From Tubiluchus corallicola (Eukaryota; Animalia; Priapulida), in NCBI GenBank assembly GCA_030141605.1, contig JAQGDQ010000471.1:1-64000 (forward strand): DNA of 64,000 nucleotides. The letters are read 5' to 3'. The position numbers and the translations under genes were made by a program. This document shows positions 10,301 to 21,180 of this stretch, piece by piece. Under the pieces are notes generated by a model that saw nothing but the letters and a program-made list of their open reading frames with translations, was not told the origin of the DNA and ran no database searches. Numbering within the stretch: the first letter of the stretch is position 1; each line of letters starts with the position of its first letter.

Positions 10301-13300
10301 TTCATATGTGGAAATTACAACCCGTGACAGTGCTAAATAAAATAGGAAGAGCAGAGATCCATTTACTTACAGCCAAACAAAAATTTTGAAAGCTAAAACC
10401 ACTGCATCTACTAATAATGTATGCAAGCATGCTGTTATTTGCTTCTGTGTGTATCTGTGCTCATTTGTGAGCTTATTGAGAATCTACACGAATAAATCGA
10501 TTTCATCTAATACAGTAACAAACGGAAAACTTCCTCGTAGCAGAATGCGTGGTTTTTGATAGAGTCTTATACTTACTGTAAAGATATAATTCATTGACGA
10601 ATTTATTGATAGAGTCTTATACTTACTGTAAAGATATAATTTATTGATGAATTTATTGATAGAGTCTTATACTTACTGTAAAAGTATCCTTTTGTTCTGT
10701 TTGTCGAATTTGTCAGTCTGACAAAATTGATGAGATGCTTATCACATCCTAAGACCATTGTCTTACACTAGCTCTATTTCTTCTTCTGGATTTGAGGCAC
10801 ACCTGTGTCCTAGTCACTGAAATGCCATTAGTGAATTTTCCAGACTTTTTGGAAAGTGAAAAATCTGCTTTTTCGGACTTTACCAAAGACTCAATGTGAT
10901 TTGACTCAGCAACTTCATTAGAAACTGCATCAGCGCTATAAACATCTGTTACCTTCGTCTTCTTGCACTAATCATTGACTTCGCTTTGCATCTGGCTTAC
11001 ATTATGTGAACCTTGCTTTACATGTTTACATTTTTTTAGATGCCACAAACGTACCTCAGCAGAAGCTCATTGAAAGCATGAAAGATGAGAGCAAATTAAC
11101 AATAAAACAGAACGTTTTGGGACGTTCCGTTACTGGTTCTGAGGCCAATCAGGTAACATTCTCAACTCTCCTCATTTGTTGTTTTATTTCCTAGCATAGA
11201 TTCACTTTTATTTAGATAACCAATTTCTGTCTCTTTTGTTTCAGTGTGGCATGTTTTAGTTTAGTAAGTAAGTAAGCAATTTATTGTCATTATAGCATAA
11301 TAAATACAATGAAATTTATATGGTTTTAAATACTGCAATTACTTATAGAAACACCAAGGAGATTAACACTAATAATTCAGTCAGCTGTACAGTGACATAA
11401 AGAATTAATATTGGAAATTTGCTGGAATTTACTGTTGATGGTGTGAATTGCAACAGGATAGAAAGAATTTAAAGTTCTTGTTGTTTTAGCGTTAATTGAG
11501 TGGAATCTACGACCAGAGGGGGGAGCATTTCAAAATATTTATTATCTGGATGGAATTCATCTTTCATGATAACTTGCGCTCTCTTTGCGACCCTAATTTC
11601 ATACAAATTTGTCATAGATTGCTGTTCAAATCATCATGCAGCTGCTCAAAAAGTACTTGATTTGTAAGTAAAAGATATAAAAATTTGAAATACGAGAGAG
11701 TTCTCCTGAGGCTTGTCATCTTTAACAGAGAAAAACGTAATCACGTTTATAGTCTCAAAGATTATAATATTTATTCAGTTGCTTTCGTCCTCATCAGCGG
11801 GCCTCATCAGCTGAACAGAAAGTGTTCTCAAGTTACCAGCACTTTCATTCAGCTACAGGGATGAGAGTTTTCTGCGGATATGCAGAATTCCGAGTTTTAG
11901 GAAGACCAGTAGTGCCATTTTTGTAAATCGCGTAAATTCCTTGAGAATATTTTTACGGACCCAGTAGATTATTTCGCATGCTGACCGCTAGTTGGCAGGC
12001 CGTCACTTTGTTTTCATCACGTACATCAGTGTAACCACGTGTATATCTCTATGTATAAAAATATAGAATCAATTGTGCCGAGTTATTTGAGTCAATTGCA
12101 GACAGTTTTTATATACTTTTGCATAGGAGCGGCCAGTACTTAGGCATTTTTGAGACAATTAGGTATCATGTATCCTTGATAATTGGGTATTTTAAGTTAT
12201 GCATGAAACAAGGTAATTGATATTTTAAGTCCACTTAGAGGCTCTCTATGGTCACAAAATTGCAATTTGTTGCTGCCTCCAAGGGGGTTTTGCACCCTTG
12301 AACCCTCATGGGAGCCTACGCGGCCCCCAAACCCCCGGCCTATTTCAGAGTTTTTTGCAATTTGCCATTCTCATCCCTGCAGCTAATGAGGCCCGCTAGG
12401 ATGAAAGCTACTGAATAAATATTATAATCTTTGAGACTATAAAGGAGATTACGTTTTTCTCTGTCAATAATATAAAATTTAACAATAAAACAAATAATAT
12501 GTCGGCACTCGACGCAAAATGTTCAAAACTGAAATTGAAAGTATAATAATGTCCTTGCTCATAAGTCCAGATTAACTAATCACTAGACTTTTTCTAAGAA
12601 ACTGCAAACGTATTTTCAGCTTTCTTAACTGAGCAATAAATCAGATTTCTACATTGTGCTGAAGGGCAAGATGGCACCCTGAAAGATTTAGTCCAATTTT
12701 CCGTGAGACTTGACTTTTCCTTTAAACTAAAATTAAACAATCTTGTGCAGCATTTTAGCTGAATATATGCTAGTATTCAGTAATGCAAATCCAGATGCAA
12801 TACTGATAAAGCAAGATGAAGTAAACTCATAAAAACTGTTACTGTGGTTAATGAAGCAAGTTTCCAGTAAAGTGCTGTGTTACATTTTAAAAATTTTCTT
12901 GCCTATATTTATACGATACTTGTTTTAGTAAAAAGTTACTATTTATTGTAAAGTTATTACAGAGCACTAGTTTGACTTTGCCCACTTGTTTTTCTTTACA
13001 ACAATACATTTCTAGTTTTCTTTGCTTCAATACATTCCTATTTTTTCCTTACAGCAATACATTCTTAGTTTTTCTTTACTTCAATACATTCTTAGTTTCT
13101 CTTTACTTCAATACATTCCTAGTTTTTCTTTACTTCAATACATTCCTATCCTAGTTTCTCTTTACTTCAATACATTCTTAGTTTTTCTTTACTTCAATAC
13201 ATTCCTATCCTAGTTTCTCTTTACTTCAATACATTCCTATCCTAGTTTCTCTTTACTTCAATACGTTCTTAGTTTTTCTTTACTTCAATACATTCATATC

Positions 13301-16300
13301 CTAGTTTCTCTTTACTTCAATACATTCCTGCCTTAGTTTTTCTTTACTTCAATAAATTCCTATTTTTTCTTTACAGCAATACATTCCTAGTTTTTCTTTA
13401 CTTCAATACATTCTTAGTTTTTCTTTACTTCAATACATTCCTATCCTAGTTTCTTTTTACTTCAATACATTCTTAGTTTTTCTTTACTTCAATACATTCC
13501 TATCCTAGTTTTTCTTTACTTCAGTACATTCCTATTTTTTCCTTACTTCAGTACATTCCTAGTTTTTCTTTACTTCAATACATTCCTAGTTTTTCTTTAC
13601 TTCAGTACATTCCTATTTTTTCCTTACAGCAATACATTCCTATTTTTCCTTACAGCAATACATTCCTATTTTTCCTTACAGCAATACATTCCTATTTTTC
13701 CTTACAGCAATACTTTCCTATTTTTTCCTTACAGCAATACATTCCCAGTGAAGACGAAGACGAAGCTGAACTGGAATTCTTGAAAACGTTGAGCAGGAGT
13801 CAGAAGAAGAAATTGTTGAGGTATAAATTTTGTGTGAGTTTTGAAGGACAAGAAAAGGGGCACCTGAAGTAGGTTTTAGAAAAATCGCCTTAAAATTATG
13901 CTACTTTACAGCAGTTTTATGCACGTATCGTATTCGCGTTGAAAGAATTTTCGTTTGTTTTCATTTTAAATCTCCCGCAATATTGTTCCGATGGCGCTAT
14001 TACATGACGTCACTACGCCACTTAAATCAGAGGAAGAAAAGGCAATGTTAAATTATGACCCAAAAAACTTTCTGTGCAAATCCACGTTAAGTCTTTCCAG
14101 CAATTTAAAATGTTTGTACCAATTGGTAAAATGTTGCTGACTCACCCTCCAGGGTACACCACTAATTAGGCAAAAACGTATTTTTCATCTTATTGACAAG
14201 ATACAGTGATTTAAAATTTTACTAAATTAGTAACATGTATACTACGAATGCTCTGATTATTTTTTCAAACTTTACTTAGTGTTATCAAACCGACCCTACC
14301 ATTAAAATGGCTGTGCCTAACGGTCATCGCTGGTGTTTAAATTTACGTTTTATACAGCGTTACGGCCGATGCAAGCCATGCATATGAAAAGGTCGTATTG
14401 TAAGTGCTATAAAATTTCAAGACAAAGTTTTCAAGTTTTATGTAAGTGGAGGGTTTTCTTGTTCTTTAAAGGTGAGGAAATGGCAATCTTTAAGTGTGTA
14501 CCAAAAAACATTCCATACAAAGTTGTTTTACTTAACATTATACTTATCTGTTTAAATGACTTCTGTAACCTGAAAAGAAAATTCTTAGCAATTTAAATGT
14601 TTGCATCACATGGTAAGACTTCATTAACCTAGCTTCCTAGTGTGCACCACTAACTTACCTTCCCAGTGTGCACCACTGACTCACCTTTCCAGTGTGCACC
14701 ACTGACTTACCTTCCCAGTGTACACCACTGACTCACCTTCCCAGTGTGCACCACTGACTCACCTTTCCAGTGTGCACCACTGACTCACCTTCCCAGTGTG
14801 CACCACTGACTCACCTTCCCAGTGTACACCACTGACTCACCTTCCCATTCTTCATCACTGACTTACCTTCCCAGTGTGCACCACTGACTCGCCAAAAAAC
14901 ATATTTTTAATTTTATGGGCAAGATAGAGTAACTTATACTTTTGCTTTGTTAGTGAAGTGTGCACTTCTAGTGCCTTTTGCATTTTTCAAATTTTGCGCA
15001 GTGTTATCGAAACTTGTTTCAAACAATTTGTCATTACAAAATGGCTACACCTAACGGTAATCGCAGGAGTCTAAATTTACTGGCTTTATACGGCATCAAT
15101 GCTTTCACAAGTTCTCGATGCAGCAAGGCAGTATCTAGGTGATAAAAAATTTCAAGATGAATTTTTTAGCTTTATATAACTAAAGGGTTTCTTGTGATTT
15201 AAGTTATTTAAGCATTATGTATCTGAAAATGGCACATAACTCCGAGAGAAAAATTTAGATATTTTGCTAATGTTGTAACCTTTTGTACACAAAAAAGATC
15301 TGCACAACTTGCAACAAAAAGACGTGCTGCATTAGTGCATTTCTTATATAACCATGTTCTTCTTTACACCGTTTCTCAGCCAAACGGGAGATTTTTATTT
15401 CATTTATCGGCAGTGTGCAAAACACAAAAATAAAAACAATTGCAAAAGAAAAATAAATAAAAACCTATAAGGAAGAAGAATAGGAACCAAAATCATGTTA
15501 TAATCGAATGAATTGAGCAAAATGCATGTGGCTAATTAAACCACCTGTTGCGGCGACCTATTTGTCGCTATTTTTAAATAGATGTAAACAGGTGGCGCCA
15601 CAATCTAAATTTAAATGAAAGAGCAGCCCTCGAACAACATTCATTGTATTTCACACTTAAAAATGTTGAAATTACCACATAATATTACACATTTTATATG
15701 CGCATAAAATGCCTTGCTTAAAATTGCAAAACAAACTTGAATCGTTTGTTTCTTCCACCAATCAAACCTCATTGCAGGTATATTTGAAGAGAATGAAGTA
15801 ACTGGGTAGGTAGGCACGCATAACAAAACTTCTGCAGTTCACTCAAAAATTTCGCTTTGCTAGCTGATGATACTTTGTGTAAAATTAGTCACCAAATCAA
15901 TTAGCAATAACTAATTGATTACATACATACATACTAAGTGCATACATAACTTCAATCCATGGGATTCTACCTTATACTGCATAAGTACTACACAATACGT
16001 TTACAGATAAGCATGGAATTCTGTGAGTCTGCGAGTGTACAGAAGATGCCGGGCAGGTTACTTAGCTTATAGGGTTCGGGTTTATATTGTTAAAACTAGT
16101 TATTTTGTTATTTGGCCTAGCCGAGTTGGAGGCTATTATGTTTTCGTCTCATTCACCAATTATGGTTTTCATTACATAGCGGGCAAGGGGGCAAGTCAAA
16201 CATGGTATTTGTAATTTCTCGTGTAATGTTTATGGATTGTTTATATTACGATGTAATCAGATGACACCATTTTTCGTTCAAAATAGGTGTGCCAAAGCTT

Positions 16301-19300
16301 AAAATGATCATGATTTTAACTAATTATGCAAGGTGCTGTATCACAATTTTATTGCTGAACCTTTCTAACATTTTTCTCGAGAATTAAAATGAATTCGACT
16401 TCCGAGAGACGTGGGTCTTGCATGAAACTAAAGTTAAACAGTCCTGCACAATATTTTAGCTGAATATAAGCTGATATTTGATAAAGCAAGTCAACAGTTG
16501 ATTTAAATGTAAGATGAACAAAACTGATCAGAAAATTATTACTGTATTTAATGAAACTAATATTGCCAGGTGAAAGGGGTTCCAAAATTTTATAACTTTT
16601 ATTGCTTACATTTGCACAATACTTGTTTAGTAAAAAGTAAATTTTCATTGCAAAGTTATTACAGAGATGTTTTTGTTATGCCGTTCTCATTTTATATGCG
16701 TTTTTGATCGTTTCAGAAAACTAGAAGCCCTGGGAAATGCCTCAAAAGACGCCAGTAGCAGTGGAAGAATTGAAAAGCGAAAGAAAACATCGGCCAAAAG
16801 TAAGAAAAAAATCAAAAAGAGCAAAAAGAAGAAGGAATCAGACTCGGAAAGTGACAGCAGTTCAGGTAGATTGAGATGAGTGACTTTTTTATGTGAGATT
16901 TGGAAGTGTTATAATACTTTTTGGGTTCAAATGTCAAGTGAGTTTAAAACGTAGTGAAAACTTTGGTGAAAAGTATTGTAAAATAACATGTATAGGCTTG
17001 ATTATTGGCACCAATTGGTAATGTTTGATACAAAATAAAAATCAATAATGTTTGACGCTTGTTTTTGGTTTTTGTTAACGACTTGCCTGGTATTTTTACA
17101 TTACATTGTGATCCTATTAAATTAGCCAGTGAAAAACTTGACTGTTTATCTATGCAGATGATATTCTACTTTTTTCCATGGTCTGCAGATGTGTTTAGAC
17201 AAACTGGCTTCTTATTCTAATAAATGGGTTCTAACTTTTGACTTAACCTAAACTGAAATTATTATTTTTTATAAGTCAGGCAAAATTCTAAAGCACTATT
17301 CTAAGCAAATTCTTTTATTTTAATGCGAAATTGATCAAAATAAGCCAAAAATATAAATACCTTGGCATTGATTTCTATGTGTCATCAAGATTTTCTAATA
17401 GTATACTGACATTTAAAGATAAAGGTCAAAAGGCCATGTTCGGAACAATAGGCAAACTCCAACCAGTGTCCATTATCTCATATGAAGCCGAAGTTTGGGG
17501 CCCTTCTGTTTTTGTTGCTGAAAATTCAGCAGATTTTGACAAATTAAAATGTGAACTTGTTGTGCTAAAGTTTTGCAGACAATGTTGCATGTAGATTTAA
17601 AAGCTAGCAGTTTAGCTGTCAGAGTTTCCGATCTTATTACATGGAGTCCATACATGCTGGCCTCTCTACATTCCCGACTGTAGCATTCGGCAAAAATGCA
17701 CATTCTTTCAGAAGGAACAGTGTAGTGAAAATCGGATATGCTGAAATGTGCTGAAGAAAGTGTTTGCAAATGAACCCTGGGTCCAGTTTCACAAAGCCAT
17801 CACTAACCTAACGACGTCGTTGTTACAGTAAAACCTCATTATCCCGTCTTTCTCTCCATTCTACCGTCAAACTCGTTTACTTCAAACTGTATAATTCAGA
17901 CTTTATCCCAGTTAATAGTAATGAATTAAATATCCATAGTTCATTACATCGTAACTTGCTATTCAGTCTTGACCGAAATAAAACTTATTAAAGTTTCAAC
18001 TTTATTCAGTAAACTTTAATTCCACATTTTGCACCATTAAATTGTACTTGATGTACTGTCACTGTAAAAAAATATAGATATCTAATTATAAATGTTTTGC
18101 TCTGTGTACCAAAGGTGATGTTAATGTAAATATGTTTATAAAAAAAGAAAAAAACTCGTAAATCGCCTGCAAAATGGCCAGGAACAAAACAACTGTATTG
18201 AACTGTATATAAAAATACCCCATTATACCATCTCCTTGGTAACACCCACCATCCGCCAAGCAAATTATAATTACGTTGAATGTGGACATAGCGTGAGCAG
18301 TCTCAACTAGCACCAACATGCTCTTGATGTATTGCAGCTGCATGAGGCTGCTATGTGCTATGCTGAGTTGCTAAGATTGGCTAGACATCATGTGTTGTAT
18401 AAAGTAATGCATGCTATCATCTTTTGATTGTTTGCAAACTGTCATACATTCATAATATGATTACATGTGGTGGAGTACTACACCTATACTACAGTCTATT
18501 GTATAGTTGAGTAAATGAAGCATTTATTATTTAAAGCAAAACTGGACCCAATCTTAAACTGTAGGTCAAAACAATCTACTTTTTAAAATATTGAAAAGAA
18601 ACACACTAATTTTTCAAAAATAAATTGCGTGAAAGAATTATTACTACGCAAATACAATTTCGCATTCGCGCCACTAGTTTTTCGCTGTTACATGCATTTC
18701 GCCATTCGCTAGTTAGACGGACACTAGCGCCTGCATTTCGGAAACGTGTTATACAAAAACAGGTACTGTACCTCTGTGTTAATTTCTGATGAACTACGCA
18801 CGTGCGACAGCTCATGCTTGAGTACAGCGGTACATTTGAAATTTGAATTTTTATCTTAAAACTTGCCGAGTTTTAGTACAACACACTGAATATCTTACAG
18901 CAGCACTGTACTTCAATTTTCGCTTTTGCAAGCACGTGCAACATGCTTGTGGATTATTTTTGCTGTTGAAAATTATGTTAGTCTGTGATGTCATCAATAG
19001 TTGGGCTCGCTCGCCCTTAATTAAATTCTTAATGTATTATTTAATGATCAGAAATGCTTTTGCAATATTAATTGTGTTAAAATGTATACTTTTTATCAGA
19101 CTTTAAAATGGGGTAGTATATAAAAAATCATCTTGCCTTCCTTTAAACAAAAAAGTTTTAATAATGTTGATTTTGAGTGAGTCACTAATTTACGAATGAT
19201 CAATTTAATTATTTTTTTTAATTCATTAACCTTTAGAGTGAAAATTGAAGACTCTAACATGTGTACGCTTTTCTGACTGTTTTGTGATTCGTCTATAGCA

Positions 19301-21180
19301 CATTTTAGCCATCCGCTCTGTAACGCCAACATACCGAAATGGGCCTGTGATAGTTGACTAATAACAAAGTCAGATTTAACTTAGTGATGGCTTTCTGAAA
19401 CCGAACCCTCGACTTCTGAATTATGGTGTAATATAATGCATTTATAACTCCAGTTTTTCTACAGTACCACTTTGTCTGACTATAATTGTTGAACTTTGTA
19501 TATGTCACCTTGGTATACTGCACTTATACCATTTGTTGTTATTTTGAGGTTGAAGTAAGATTTATGTTATTTTTATCAGAAAGCTCCAGACAGATGGCGG
19601 AGAAAAAGCACAAGAAGAGTTATCCGTCAAAGAAGAATTCATCTGATTCTTCAGTATCTAGCAGTGAATCGTCTACTGAAAGAAAGATATACAAGAAGAA
19701 GGGCAGTGTCTCGAGACATTCATCTAGTCACAAATCCTATAACAAAGGTGGTAAAGAAAAACGGTACAGAGAAGTTGAAGCGAAAAGAAGGAAAAGGGGA
19801 CGCAGTGACAGCGAAGGAAGTGACAGTCACTCCGGCAGTGTTGATCTGGGTAAAGCAAGGAAAAAATTGGACAAGAGTGACCGCAAAGATGCGAAAAATG
19901 TCAATGTTGACAACAGCCATAGGAGAAAGAGAAGCAGAGAGATGGAAGGGGCGAGAAACAAAGAGATGCATTCGAGGCACAGAGACGAAAAAAGTGATGA
20001 TAAAGGACCAGTTAAAAATAGCACAGGTGAAGGCAGTGATCAGCTGAGGAAGAGCAGAAGGGTGAATAATGATGATGATGACGACAATAGTGACCATACG
20101 GATTGTAGTTTGGACAGGGGTGTATGTCGGGTGAAAGCTGAAATGAGAAAAACAAGAGAAACTAGCAGTGATAGTGAAGATCGTGATAGGAAGAAGAGAG
20201 TTCAGGCAGCAGATAACAAGAAAAGAAAGATAAACAGAAGCGAGTTACCTGAGAGAAGTAGAGATCAGAGGCGAGACCGAAGTCCATCTAGTGACAAGGA
20301 CGTGAAGAAGAGAAAAAGAACTACATCAACTGACCAAAGGGACCCCAGTAATAGGAGCAGACCCCAGAGATTGCGTGACCGCAGTGACTCCAATGAAAGT
20401 GACAGAGATCAGAGACGGCGTGACCAAAGAGACTACAACGAAAGGAGCAGAGGTCAGGGACGGCGTGACCGAAGTGATTCCAATGAAAGGAGCAGAGGTC
20501 AGAGACGGCGTGACCGAAGTGATTCCAATAAAAGGAACAGAGGTCAGAGACAGCGTGACCGAAGTGATTCCAATGAAAGGAGCAGAGATCAGAGACGGCG
20601 TGACCAAAGTAACTCAAGCGATAGGGGCAGAAACCAGAGACAGCGTGACCGAAGTGACTCCAATGAAAGGAGCAGAAATCAGAGACGGTGTGACCAAAGT
20701 AACTCAAGCGACAGGGGCAGAAACCAAAGACGGCGTGACCGAAGTAACTCCAATGAAAGGAGCAAAAATCAGAGACGGCATGACAAAAGTAACTCCAGTG
20801 ACAGGGGCAGAAACCAGAGACGGCGTGACCGAAGTGACTCCAATGAAAGGAGCAAAAATCAGAGACGGCATGACAAAAGTAACTCCAGTGACAGGGGCAG
20901 AAACCAGAGACGGCGTGACTCCAATGAAAGGAGCAGAAATCAGAGATGGCGTGACCGAAGTGACTCCAATGAAAGAAGCGGAAATCAGAGACGGCGTGAC
21001 CGAAGTGACTCCAATGAAAAAAGCGGAAATCAGAAAGGGCGTGACCGAAGTGAATCCAATGAAAGAAGCGGAACTCAGAGACGGCGTGACCAAAGTGACT
21101 CCTTTGATAGGAGCAGAAATCAGAGACGGCGTGACCGAAGTGACTCCTTTGATAGGAGCATAAACCAAAAGCAAGATTGA
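7344..21180 (+). CDS. CIR1: Corepressor interacting with RBPJ 1 (CIR1), ~814 aa, 8 exons
   Basis: Exons 7344-7415, 7800-7894, 8219-8368, 9166-9344, 11040-11152, 13735-13820, 16717-16865, 19580-21180, all GT-AG and frame-consistent (2445 nt). Motifs: [31 protein letters not shown] (Cir_N), [50 protein letters not shown] zinc knuckle, K/S/R-rich tail. Confidence 0.93.
8630..8940. repeat. 27-bp minisatellite (~11 copies) in CIR1 intron 3
   Basis: Unit TCTGGCTTGTTTTTACTAGCTGAAACG. Confidence 0.9.
9478..10022 (-). mobile_element. Dispersed repeat family B (TTAA-flanked, Kolobok-like), inverted relative to 18531-19090
   Basis: 9610-9700 is the reverse complement of ~18865-18950. Ends ...CTGGTATTCCT-TTAA. 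A partial copy lies at ~35805-36000. Confidence 0.55.
10556..10683. repeat. 50-bp tandem repeat (~2.5 copies)
   Basis: TTGATAGAGTCTTATACTTACTGTAAA occurs three times. Confidence 0.85.
11265..11630 (-). mobile_element. LINE 3' end (Rex1/L2-like)
   Basis: [26 protein letters not shown]-terminal motif, then AATAAA and a (CTTA)n tail. Confidence 0.7.
11726..12465. mobile_element. Foldback with ~100-bp inverted arms, each carrying a minimal hammerhead-like motif (Penelope-like pLTR remnant)
   Basis: 11726-11816 and ~12380-12465 are reverse complements. Each has CTRATGAG...GAAAGC(T/A)A-CTGAA followed by AATAAA. Confidence 0.6.
11856..12379. mobile_element. MITE (hAT/P-like termini) nested in the foldback
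   Basis: TIR CAGGGATGAGA/TCTCATCCCTG, flanked by direct repeat CAGCTA. Confidence 0.75.
12700..12965 (+). repeat. Diverged duplicate of 16400-16667
   Basis: Shared blocks ATTTTAGCTGAATATA and ACTTGTTT(T)AGTAAAAAGT...AAAGTTATTACAGAG. Confidence 0.7.
12988..13746 (+). repeat. 26-32-bp minisatellite built from the CIR1 intron 5/exon 6 junction
   Basis: Unit TTTTTCCTTACAG|CAATACATTCCTA or the variant TTTTTCTTTACTTCAATACATTCCTA(G). The last unit is the real acceptor. Confidence 0.9.
13845..14465. mobile_element. Kolobok-like MITE (family A, copy 2); a third partial copy at ~15038-15203
   Basis: AGGACAAGAAAA...TTTTCTTGTTCT-TTAA, colinear with 3034-3516. Confidence 0.65.
14637..14892. repeat. 26-bp minisatellite (~10 copies)
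   Basis: Unit CCAGTGTGCACCACTGACTCACCTTC. Confidence 0.9.
17060..17640 (+). mobile_element. Degenerate LINE RT fragment
   Basis: FVNDLP...YADDILL...KYKYLGI...SYEAEVWG, with frameshifts. Confidence 0.75.
17779..19408. mobile_element. TIR-bounded ~1.6-kb non-autonomous DNA transposon (PIF/Harbinger-like) with a nested family B repeat
   Basis: GGGTCCAGTTTCACAAAGCCATCACTAA versus the reverse complement of 19381-19408, GGGTTCGGTTTCAGAAAGCCATCACTAA (25/28). Confidence 0.65.
20340..21160 (+). repeat. Coding 45-bp tandem repeat ([15 protein letters not shown], ~18 copies) in the last CIR1 exon
   Basis: Visible in both the DNA and the translation. Confidence 0.92.

Noticed and set aside
12988-14892. 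CRISPR-like appearance of the 26-27-bp repeats
   Set aside because: Units are head-to-tail with no unique spacers, in a eukaryotic intron, with no cas genes.
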